This document shows positions 1 through 7,256 of a DNA stretch of 30,104 nt, one piece after another. The notes below the pieces were generated by a model. It saw only the letters and a list, made by a program, of their open reading frames with translations. It was not told the origin of the DNA and ran no database searches. The position numbers and the translations under genes are program-made. Every line of letters starts with the position of its first letter. The first letter of the stretch is position 1. The DNA is from a virus: the IMG/VR virus record IMGVR_UViG_3300029521_000019, positions 1 through 30,104 of that record. One strand, 5' to 3'.

Positions 1-69
1 CGGCTACGGCTGCGGCAACGGCTGCGGCGACGTTGACGGCGACGGCTACGGCGACGGCTACGGCTGCGG
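1..69. repeat. Terminal identity: 1..69 equals 30036..30104 (circular closure or assembly overlap)
   Basis: Direct comparison of the two window ends shows 69 of 69 nt identical. Confidence 0.95.
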
Positions 70-292
70 CAACGGCTACGGCTGCGGCAACGGCTACGGC
101 AACGGCGACGGCTACGGCTACGGCGACGGCTACGGCGACGGCTACGGCTGCGGCAACGGCTACGGCAACGGCGACGGCGACGGCTACGGCGACGGCGACG
201 GCTACGGCGACGGCTACGGCTGCGGCAACGGCTGCGGCGACGTTGACGGCTACGACATTGAGAATGTAGCGACTATGTTATGTCAGCGTTAG
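1..292 (+). CDS. Gly-X dipeptide-repeat protein, 3' part (the ORF starts at 30019 and wraps the circular junction; 102 aa in total)
   Basis: Frame 2 reads GGC-NNC continuously (GY GC GN GC GD VD GD GY ...), ends ...GYDIENVATMLCQR and stops at TAG 290..292. It is in frame with ATG 30019 once the 69-nt terminal identity is collapsed. A strong terminator follows at 372..411. The track ORF 33..269 is the off-frame Thr/Ala reading. Confidence 0.6.
   Translation, partial: GYGCGNGCGDVDGDGYGDGYGCGNGYGCGNGYGNGDGYGYGDGYGDGYGCGNGYGNGDGDGYGDGDGYGDGYGCGNGCGDVDGYDIENVATMLCQR
2..253 (+). repeat. Hexanucleotide tandem array (GGC-[T/G/A][A/G]C)n, 42 units. It is bounded by a perfect 39-nt direct repeat (2..40 and 212..250).
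   Basis: Read directly. Every odd codon is GGC except two GTT. Every even codon is TAC, GAC, TGC or AAC. Confidence 0.95.
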
Positions 293-295
293 TTG

Positions 296-304
296 TGATA
301 TAAT
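296..304 (+). promoter_or_regulatory. Candidate extended -10 promoter TGATATAAT
   Basis: TGnTATAAT match at 296..304 with no good -35. It lies between the repeat-ORF stop and the terminator at 372..411. Confidence 0.3.
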
Positions 305-371
305 TAAGCAAGCGATTGGGTAACGGCTTTCGCAAAGATTTACATACACGCGCCATTTTTGGCGATATGCG

Positions 372-411
372 AAAACACCCAAAGCGTCCGTTACCGCTTT
401 GGGTGTTTTTC
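372..411 (+). terminator. Rho-independent terminator
   Basis: AAAACACCCAAAGCG (372..386) pairs perfectly with CGCTTTGGGTGTTTT (395..409). The loop is 8 nt and a T-tract follows. Confidence 0.85.
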
Positions 412-427
412 GTTGTTAGGAGTACTT

Positions 428-709
428 ATGGGAATCATAGACATACTGCCAAGCAGAGACTGCATAGCTTACAACAAGGCTATAGCTAAGAAGCTAGGAA
501 TCGATGAAGCAATAGTTTTCGGGGAAATGTGCAGTAAGCAGGCTATCTACGGAGAGTGTTTCTTTATACAGATGGATCGCATTATGGAAGATACATGCCT
601 TACTGAATACAGAGTGCGAAACGCAATCAAGAGCCTTAAATCGTGCGGTTATATATCAGTTTCTAGAAAAGGTTTACCAGCAAAGAACTACTACTCTGTT
701 TGCATATAA
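428..709 (+). CDS. Small winged-helix DNA-binding protein (resembles the N-domain of a replisome organizer)
   Basis: ATG 428 is preceded by AGGAG (418..422). The 93-aa product (MGIIDILPS...) has an HTH/wHTH-like pattern (TEYRVRNAIKSLKSCGYISVSRKG). It is the first gene of the replication module. The track start at 359 lies inside the terminator. Confidence 0.55.
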   Translation: MGIIDILPSRDCIAYNKAIAKKLGIDEAIVFGEMCSKQAIYGECFFIQMDRIMEDTCLTEYRVRNAIKSLKSCGYISVSRKGLPAKNYYSVCI

Positions 710-745
710 AAAAGCAACATATTCATTATTTCGTTAGGAGCAATT

Positions 746-1471
746 ATGGCAATATTACGCAATAAGTCGCAGCAGGGTTTTACGATCGTTGATAACTATG
801 CGCTAAAAGATAAGAGGCTGTCCCTGAAGGCTACCGGACTTCTTGTAAAGATGCTTTCATTACCTGACTATTGGGAGTTCTCTGAAGCTGGGTTGGCGGC
901 TATTGTTAAGGATGGAATAACATCGATTAGATCAGCAATAAAGGAGCTGGAAGGTCTAGGGTACCTCGTTCGTACACGCAACCGCAACGATAAGGGAGCA
1001 TTTACAGACTGTGATTGGGAGGTAATCGCCGTACCTGATGATTGCCCAGAATTGGAAAACCCAAAGTTGGATAATCCTACCTTGGAAATCACACACAATA
1101 AAGCTCTTAAAGGGAATAAAACTACTAAGTTGAATAAAACTACTAATAAGGCGGAAGCGGAGAAATCGAACGACACAGCAGAATCAGTGATCGAAGCATC
1201 ATCGTTCAGCGATGCAGTAAAAGCGAGTCTCCGTGAATTCGCCGAGTACCGCGAAGAACGAAAGCAGCCGCTTACGGCAAAGGCGGCTGAGAAAGCGATA
1301 AACGTTCTTCGCTCATTGCCAGACGATGAAACGCGCATCAAGTCGATCGACCAGTCGATCCTGAACAACTGGCGCGGGCTGTTCGACGTAAAAGGCAGCT
1401 TTGGAAGCGGCAGCAACGACAAACGCGGCATGGTGCAGGCTCACTACGAAGAATCTTACGTACCGTTTTAA
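746..1471 (+). CDS. Replication initiator / replisome organizer (N-terminal wHTH plus DnaD/DnaB_2-like C-domain)
   Basis: The N-terminus (LSLKATGLLVKMLSLPDYWEFSEAGLAAIVKDGITSIRSAIKELEGLGYLVR) and C-terminus (REFAEYREERKQPLT...ILNNWRGLF) match patterns typical of Gram-positive phage DnaD-like organizers. The RBS is TTAGGAG. The gene lies directly upstream of the helicase loader. Confidence 0.7.
   Translation: MAILRNKSQQGFTIVDNYALKDKRLSLKATGLLVKMLSLPDYWEFSEAGLAAIVKDGITSIRSAIKELEGLGYLVRTRNRNDKGAFTDCDWEVIAVPDDCPELENPKLDNPTLEITHNKALKGNKTTKLNKTTNKAEAEKSNDTAESVIEASSFSDAVKASLREFAEYREERKQPLTAKAAEKAINVLRSLPDDETRIKSIDQSILNNWRGLFDVKGSFGSGSNDKRGMVQAHYEESYVPF
1052..1146 (+). repeat. Iteron-like direct repeats inside the organizer gene (candidate origin)
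   Basis: TTGGA[A/T]A[A/T] occurs at 1052, 1067 and 1082 (15-bp period). GAATAAAACTACTAA occurs at 1114..1128 and 1132..1146 (18-bp period). Both sets lie in the AT-rich inter-domain linker. Confidence 0.4.
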
Positions 1472-1479
1472 GGAAATGA

Positions 1480-2304
1480 GTGAACATGAACGATATCCAG
1501 GCAGCAGCCATGATGGAACTTCCGAATATGCGCCCTCTCGACACTATCGACAGCGATGGCATGATCGTTTGCGGAATATGCGGCAAACGTCGCACAAGGC
1601 ATGTAGTTATCCCGCAGCTGAAGATCGATCGAGTGGCAGCGTGCATGTGCGATTGCGACATGAGCGAGGCGACGGCAAAGAGCGACGGCGCAGCAAAGCG
1701 AGACGAGAACGTTACCAACGCCGCTATTATGCGATGCTTCCCGTCGATGGGGTACAGGCATATGACGTTCGAGCGAGACAACGGCTCACAAGAGCGTGTG
1801 AGCGCCTCTTTGCGTCGTTACGTCTCCAAGTTCGAAGAGATGCGTAATAGGGGCTTAGGATTCGTCCTGCAGGGCGACAAGGGCAATGGCAAGACGTTTC
1901 TAGCGGCGTGCGTTGCTAATGCGCTGCTTTCGCGCTATCGCGTCAAGTTCACGAGCATCGCCGCGCTGGCACCAGGGATGGCCATGTACTCCGGTCGAGA
2001 TGACGCTATTTCGGAGCTAAAAACGCGGCACCTAGTAATTATCGACGACTTCGGCACCGAGCGCACAAGCGAAACCATGCTAGAGGCAGCTTATGTTGTC
2101 GTCAACACGTTGTACGAGTGCCGTATACCGACGATATACACGACCAACAACGACTTGACTAAGATCGAGAGCCAGGCGTACGGTCGCATAGCAGACCGCA
2201 TTATCGAGCGATGCCCCGTTATCAAGATGGGTGGCGAGAGTATCAGGAAAGCAGTTGCGCAAGAAAATCTAGCCATTATGCGTGACATAATGGCAGAACC
2301 GTGA
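1480..2304 (+). CDS. DnaC/IstB-like AAA+ helicase loader
   Basis: Walker A is GDKGNGKT, Walker B is HLVIIDDFG, and IYTTNN is sensor-like. The start is GTG 1480 or ATG 1486. Confidence 0.85.
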   Translation: MNMNDIQAAAMMELPNMRPLDTIDSDGMIVCGICGKRRTRHVVIPQLKIDRVAACMCDCDMSEATAKSDGAAKRDENVTNAAIMRCFPSMGYRHMTFERDNGSQERVSASLRRYVSKFEEMRNRGLGFVLQGDKGNGKTFLAACVANALLSRYRVKFTSIAALAPGMAMYSGRDDAISELKTRHLVIIDDFGTERTSETMLEAAYVVVNTLYECRIPTIYTTNNDLTKIESQAYGRIADRIIERCPVIKMGGESIRKAVAQENLAIMRDIMAEP

Positions 2305-2318
2305 TATTATTATATACG
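2302..2318 (+). promoter_or_regulatory. Candidate extended -10 (TGATATTAT) overlapping a 14-nt copy of the early-promoter operator core
   Basis: ATATTATTATATAC (2304..2317) is the reverse complement of GTATATAATAATAT, which forms part of the palindromes at 27765..27782 and 29683..29700. It sits 17 nt upstream of the RHH gene. Confidence 0.4.
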
Positions 2319-2334
2319 TCGGAAGGAGGTATAA

Positions 2335-2469
2335 GTGGATAAGTCTTTTATATTTCGCATCGAGTCGAACATGCGCGACAAGATCAAAAAGCAGTCATTG
2401 GAGCTGGGAATTTCAGCAGCAGAATTTGTGCGTCGCGCAATCCAGGAAAAGATCGAACGGGAAAAATAA
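2335..2469 (+). CDS. Ribbon-helix-helix (CopG/Arc-like) small DNA-binding protein, 44 aa. Absent from the ORF track.
   Basis: GTG 2335 is preceded by GGAAGGAGG (2321..2329). The translation is VDKSFIFRIESNMRDKIKKQSLELGISAAEFVRRAIQEKIEREK, giving a beta-strand followed by two helices as in the RHH pattern. The antisense track ORF 2310..2642 has no support. Confidence 0.55.
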   Translation: MDKSFIFRIESNMRDKIKKQSLELGISAAEFVRRAIQEKIEREK

Positions 2470-2481
2470 GGATTGGTTGGC

Positions 2482-2691
2482 ATGAAAGCTAAATTGCCTA
2501 AAAAGCTGCAAGAAAGGCTGGACAAATGCAATGGCCATGGGTGCATATGCGGCGCATACGGAGAATGTGAATGCGGATGCCTAGCTGATTGGCGATCTGA
2601 AGACGAGGTTGTCATGGATTGGATGCGCGGCAACGAAAGCACAAGGCACAGGGTGTTAGATGCGTATCTGCAGATAGAGTCAGAAGCATGA
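2482..2691 (+). CDS. Hypothetical Cys-rich small protein
   Basis: ATG 2482 (MKAKLPKK...) follows TAAGGA. It contains the cluster CNGHGCICGAYGECECGC. Its end overlaps the RuvC-like start. Confidence 0.5.
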   Translation: MKAKLPKKLQERLDKCNGHGCICGAYGECECGCLADWRSEDEVVMDWMRGNESTRHRVLDAYLQIESEA

Positions 2692-3149
2692 TTATTATTG
2701 CGATCGACCCTGGGACTTCTAACACAGGAATTGCCGTATACGATTCAGTAAAAAAGACCGTAGTTAACTGCGAGACTATTAGAACTCCCAAGAGCGGGCA
2801 AGATCAAAATGCCCTGTATTCTCGTTGCTTTAAAATAGCATACGCAATAGACGATCTGTTTGAGGAATATTTGGCAGACGTATTGGTTGTTGAAGGTTTC
2901 ACGTCTTTTGGAGGCAATCGACAAAATGCCAATACGTTTCAAACGCCATTTTTAGTTGGAATGATTTGTGGAATATGTGACGTTCATGCAATACAGACAA
3001 GCAACAAAGTGTTCAACAAGTACGGGCGATCAGTGCGCGACAGCATAAAAGACGGCACGTGTATCGTCGAAGGTTGCGAGAAAGCTACAAACGATCACGA
3101 GCGCAGCGCATTGTGCCACGCGCTGTATTACGCAAATGGAGGATGGTAG
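2688..3149 (+). CDS. RuvC-like Holliday junction resolvase
   Basis: MIIIAIDPGTSNTGIAVYD carries the catalytic Asp motif. VLVVEGF supplies the Glu and NDHERSALCHALY the C-terminal acidic motif. ATG 2688 lies within the longer track ORF. Confidence 0.8.
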   Translation: MIIIAIDPGTSNTGIAVYDSVKKTVVNCETIRTPKSGQDQNALYSRCFKIAYAIDDLFEEYLADVLVVEGFTSFGGNRQNANTFQTPFLVGMICGICDVHAIQTSNKVFNKYGRSVRDSIKDGTCIVEGCEKATNDHERSALCHALYYANGGW

Positions 3150-3436
3150 TGAGCATAGTAATGAAGATTTACGATGAATACGGCGGTATCAACCAGCTTG
3201 ACAAGTTGATCGAGGAATTACAAGAAGCACTCGAAGAAGCAACGAAGCTGCGCGGCATCGTCGATGACGATGATGATATAAACGCAGAAAATCTGCAAAG
3301 AACAATGCAGGAATGCGCTGACGTAGAAATATTGATTGAACAATTTATGGAAAAATTTCATCTTGCAAGCGAGCTAGAATTGTTCAAGGAATACAAGATA
3401 GAAAGACAGCTAAGGCGCATACGAAACGGTAAATGA
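3149..3436 (+). CDS. MazG-like all-alpha nucleotide pyrophosphohydrolase (putative)
   Basis: KLIEELQEALEE and ECADVEILIEQ resemble the EExxE / ExxD metal motifs. GTG 3149 lies 5 nt after GGAGGA (3138..3143). ATG 3161 is an alternative start. Confidence 0.5.
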   Translation: MSIVMKIYDEYGGINQLDKLIEELQEALEEATKLRGIVDDDDDINAENLQRTMQECADVEILIEQFMEKFHLASELELFKEYKIERQLRRIRNGK

Positions 3437-3482
3437 TTCTTAAACGGTCGCATTTAAGCGGCCGTTATTGTATAATCAAGCC

Positions 3483-3854
3483 ATGTCAAAAGAAGACCTC
3501 ATACCGTTTAATAAAATGTCTCCAGAAGAGCATCGACGCTTGTCGTCCATTGGTGGCAAAAAGTCAGCCGAAAGCAAGCGTAAGAAAAAAAATGCGCAGG
3601 CGTTGTTGTCGTTAATGCTCGAAGCTGATGTTCCCGCAAAAGAAAAAAAGATGCTTGAAAGCAAGTACGGTATCGCTGTTGAAGGTAGTTGCACCTGGTC
3701 TGCTGCTATAAACGCTGGCATTATCAAAGCAGCCGCAGACGGTAACGTAAGCGCTTACCAGGTTATCATGGAGATGATTACCAGCGCTCAAGAATCGGAA
3801 TGCGAGGATGACGGCCTGTCGAAATCGCTCGAAGAGCTTGGCAAACAGCTTTGA
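3483..3854 (+). CDS. terS: Terminase small subunit (putative)
   Basis: It lies immediately upstream of TerL and overlaps it. The N-terminus is basic (GGKKSAESKRKKK) and IIKAAADGNVSAYQVIMEMI resembles a TerS pattern. No SD is present. ATG 3483 lies 6 nt after TATAAT (3471..3476). Confidence 0.55.
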   Translation: MSKEDLIPFNKMSPEEHRRLSSIGGKKSAESKRKKKNAQALLSLMLEADVPAKEKKMLESKYGIAVEGSCTWSAAINAGIIKAAADGNVSAYQVIMEMITSAQESECEDDGLSKSLEELGKQL

Positions 3855-5092
3855 TCTCCGACAAGCAAAAGATGATACTGGCGTTCCCGTATTCCGATTA
3901 CGATGCCATTATAATGGACGGTGCTATCCGTAGCGGCAAGACCTCTATCGGGTTTCTTTCGTTTGTCGATGACATCATGCGACGCTATAACGGCCAGATG
4001 ATTATCGTCGCTGGCAAGACGGTAAAGAGCGCCGTAAGAAACATTATCGTGCCGTACAAAGCCATGTCGTACGCTAGAAAACGCTATACGATCAATTTCC
4101 GCGTTAGCGACAACATCATGATGGTAACGCGCGGTTCGGTCACTAATTACTTCCACGTTTTCGGCGGCAAGGACGAGCGCAGCTACGAACTTATCCAGGG
4201 TTGCACGGCGGCTGGTGCGTTTCTCGACGAGGTTGCTCTCATGCCTCGATCGTTCGTAGAGCAAGCTCTAGCCCGTTGCTCGGTAGAAGGCTCTAAGCTG
4301 TGGTTTAACTGCAACCCTGACAGCCCGAAGCATTGGTTCTACGAAGAATGGATACTCAGCGCTGCACAGAAGAACGCGTTGCACCTGCACTTCGAGTTAA
4401 GCGACAATCCAAGCTTGTCAGACGCTATTAGGTCGCGCTACGAAGCCATGTACTCCGGCGTATTCTACGACCGATATATCCGTGGATTGTGGGTCGTTGC
4501 CGAAGGACTTGTGTACCAGATGCCGGACGATGCCATAACATGCACGCCAGAGGATGCATTAGGGGACGGGCGCGGTGCGTGGTATATCAGCATGGACTAC
4601 GGTATAACCAACCCGTTTGCTGCGATCCTGTGGCGCGTAACCGCATCGAGGGCTTACGCCGTCAAAGAGTACGTGTTTGACAGCCGCAAGGAAAACAGGC
4701 GGCTTACCGACGAAGAGCATTACGCGAACGTCGAAAAGCTGGCGCAGTACGTCGATGAGCATGGAAACACTCGAACGCGCAATATAGAGTGCATCGTGAT
4801 CGACCCCAGCGCTAACAGCTTCAAGGAGACGATACGCAGGCACGGCAAATTCGATTATCGAAACGCCAAAAACGACGTTATAGCAGGTATTTCAACCACG
4901 ACGACGATGCTCGAAAACGAGCATGTTAAAATATCAACAGACTGCAAAAGCTTGCTTGTCGAAAAAGGGCTGTATCGTTGGGACGATAAAAGCGACAAAG
5001 ACGCTGTGCTAAAAGATAATGACCACTGTTTAGACGCTGCACGTTACATGTGCCACACGATTTTACGTCACGAGTTGGAAGGGTACGTATGA
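3851..5092 (+). CDS. terL: Terminase large subunit
   Basis: Walker A is DGAIRSGKT and Walker B is AFLDEV. The nuclease domain shows IVIDPSA and DHCLDAARY. The start is TTG 3851, overlapping the terS stop, or ATG 3872. Confidence 0.9.
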   Translation: MISDKQKMILAFPYSDYDAIIMDGAIRSGKTSIGFLSFVDDIMRRYNGQMIIVAGKTVKSAVRNIIVPYKAMSYARKRYTINFRVSDNIMMVTRGSVTNYFHVFGGKDERSYELIQGCTAAGAFLDEVALMPRSFVEQALARCSVEGSKLWFNCNPDSPKHWFYEEWILSAAQKNALHLHFELSDNPSLSDAIRSRYEAMYSGVFYDRYIRGLWVVAEGLVYQMPDDAITCTPEDALGDGRGAWYISMDYGITNPFAAILWRVTASRAYAVKEYVFDSRKENRRLTDEEHYANVEKLAQYVDEHGNTRTRNIECIVIDPSANSFKETIRRHGKFDYRNAKNDVIAGISTTTTMLENEHVKISTDCKSLLVEKGLYRWDDKSDKDAVLKDNDHCLDAARYMCHTILRHELEGYV

Positions 5093-6471
5093 AAATAGTC
5101 GAAAGCCTGCTTGACAAGCTAGCGGAAAAGCTGAACAAGCACGTACAGGGTCGCCGAAGAAACCAAGCTTACCGTGACGCTGACGAAAAAGGCAGCAGCT
5201 TTTCGGTCGAAAGCATGATAAGCGAGAGCCTGACCGACCTTATCACGATGAACTTCACGCTGCCCGTTGATGGCGACAACGAGCGCGCGCAGTGGATTGA
5301 CGACGTGGCGGATAACTACGTCAACACAACGCTTAAAAAGTCTATGGCGCTTGGGTTCTTGTCCGGCGATAGCGTGACAGTGCCATCGTATAATGGCCGA
5401 AGCATCGATAACGTGGTGGTAGACGCGTCAGGTTTTGAGATATTGAGCGCGCAAGGCGATGCGATCACCAGCCTTGTTTACGTCATTGACGAGCGCAAAG
5501 GCAAGTCTGGTGCTAGATGGCAGCTCTTGCAGCTTATTGAGCTTGTGCCTGACAATAACGGCACATATAGCAACGTATACAGGCTTTACGTCGCAAAGAA
5601 CAACACGTTAATGGATGGCGTAAGCCCGGCTGGCTCCGTTGCGTCTCCGTGGTTCGGCGAGTACGACGGCGACGAGTGGAGCATCCCAGGTGTTAACCGA
5701 TTGCTTATTGGTCGATACAAGAGCCATACTATCGACCCATACGCGCCGAACACTAAAAAAGGCGTACCTATATGCTTTGGTTCGTCTCATGCTATTCGCG
5801 AAATACACTATTTGCTAGACCAGATGCACGCCGAGTTCGAGTTGTCGGAAAAGGCTATTATCGCCAGCAAGACGGCGTTTAGGAAGCACTTCAACGACGA
5901 CGGGACAAGTACCGCCATGATGCCACGCGGCGCAGATCGCTTGTTCATGTCGATCCAAGGAGGCGACGTTGACAATCCGACCATACACGACTGGTCTCCT
6001 GATATCCGATTCGAGCCTTACCGTGCAGCGTTGGAGAAGCAGTTGCAGCTTGTCGAAAAGACGGTAGGCGTTTCCAGCGGCATAATCAGCGATCCGAACA
6101 ACGTTAGCTATGAAAATGTTGACAACGTGCGCAAATCGCAGCAAAAAACGATGGCGTTTGTTAACGCAAGCCGTAAAGTTGCGCAGACGATGATGGATGA
6201 TCTGCTTTACGCATGGGACGTTATTGCAAATTATTACGGCATCACAGTTCAGGGAACGTGGCAGCAACAATACAATTGGTCTGATGAGTACGTTGAGACT
6301 TTCAGCGACAAACAGAACGCCATACTCGCTGGTGAGGCTATCGGGGCGTTTGATGCAGCAGATTATCGAGCGTTTATCACTAACGAGCCGCCCGACGTGG
6401 CTAAAGAGCGAGTAAGCGAGATTCAGGCTAATAAAGCCACAACAATTCCAACGTTTGAGTTAGGTGCATGA
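5089..6471 (+). CDS. Portal protein
   Basis: The 460-aa ORF has an ATGA overlap with terL and lies between TerL and the head-morphogenesis protein. Size and position fit A118/Sfi11-like portals. Confidence 0.75.
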   Translation: MKIVESLLDKLAEKLNKHVQGRRRNQAYRDADEKGSSFSVESMISESLTDLITMNFTLPVDGDNERAQWIDDVADNYVNTTLKKSMALGFLSGDSVTVPSYNGRSIDNVVVDASGFEILSAQGDAITSLVYVIDERKGKSGARWQLLQLIELVPDNNGTYSNVYRLYVAKNNTLMDGVSPAGSVASPWFGEYDGDEWSIPGVNRLLIGRYKSHTIDPYAPNTKKGVPICFGSSHAIREIHYLLDQMHAEFELSEKAIIASKTAFRKHFNDDGTSTAMMPRGADRLFMSIQGGDVDNPTIHDWSPDIRFEPYRAALEKQLQLVEKTVGVSSGIISDPNNVSYENVDNVRKSQQKTMAFVNASRKVAQTMMDDLLYAWDVIANYYGITVQGTWQQQYNWSDEYVETFSDKQNAILAGEAIGAFDAADYRAFITNEPPDVAKERVSEIQANKATTIPTFELGA

Positions 6472-7256
6472 TGACAGTATACAGACCTCGACAAGAAACG
6501 CTCAACGATTACGATGGGTTTGTCGAAAAATTCAATCCAAAAAAAACGACAGACGATTGCTATACGCCTGTACTAGTTTATGACGCTGTCAAAAACTGGG
6601 CGGTAGATGAATATTCGTTGGAAGGTCGAAATATCGTGCGCCCGTTTGTTCCCGGAGGAGATTACGAAGCGTATGATTACCCTGAAAACTGCGTTGTTAT
6701 AGACAATCCGCCTTTTTCCATAATCTCGAAAATATGCAAAGATTACACCGAATGGGGAGTAGATTTTTTTCTTTTTGCTCCGCATCTAACTAATTTTAGC
6801 ATTAAATCAGGAAATCATATTATATGTGGACAGACTATAGAATACGCAAACGGTGCTGTTGTTAATACATCGTTTATCACTAACATGGGCAGCGATTTTA
6901 TACGGACATCACCAAAACTATCACAAGCAATAAAAGCGGCTAACGTTAAAACGAAAGCAAAAAATAAAAAGCAGCTGCCTAAATATAAATATCCTTCCAA
7001 CGTTTTAACCGTTTCGGACTTAGAAAAAATATGCAATGCTGGAATCGAGTATTCAGTTTCAAAAAATGAATGTACTCAAATTAGCAGGCTTGATGCTCAA
7101 AAAGAAGTGAAAAAGAAAATATTCGGAAACGGCTATATGCTTAGCGACAAAGCAGCAGAACTGAAAGCAGCAGAACTGAAAGCAGCAGAAGTTGAAAAAA
7201 TAGAGTGGCTATTGAGTGATCGAGAACTATCAATTATAGAAAAACTCGGTGCATGA
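6468..7256 (+). CDS. DNA methyltransferase (amino-MTase, probably N6-adenine); no partner endonuclease found
   Basis: VIDNPPFS is a motif IV (D/N)PP(F/Y), and DDCYTP lies upstream. The gene is AT-rich (23 of 60 G+C in line 6901..6960). The C-terminal AAELK repeats come from a 15-bp x3 tandem repeat at 7152..7196. Confidence 0.6.
   Translation: MMTVYRPRQETLNDYDGFVEKFNPKKTTDDCYTPVLVYDAVKNWAVDEYSLEGRNIVRPFVPGGDYEAYDYPENCVVIDNPPFSIISKICKDYTEWGVDFFLFAPHLTNFSIKSGNHIICGQTIEYANGAVVNTSFITNMGSDFIRTSPKLSQAIKAANVKTKAKNKKQLPKYKYPSNVLTVSDLEKICNAGIEYSVSKNECTQISRLDAQKEVKKKIFGNGYMLSDKAAELKAAELKAAEVEKIEWLLSDRELSIIEKLGA

Noticed and set aside
33-269. Track ORF translating to a Thr/Ala repeat (MTATATATATAA...)
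   Set aside because: This is the off-frame reading of the GGC-NNC array. It has a TTG start and no RBS. The Gly-X frame instead connects to an ATG with an SD at 30019 across the circular junction and runs to a stop followed by a terminator.
2310-2642. A 110-aa minus-strand ORF in the replication module
   Set aside because: The same interval holds two + strand genes with good RBSs, the 44-aa RHH gene and the Cys-rich ORF. The minus-strand ORF has no start signals.
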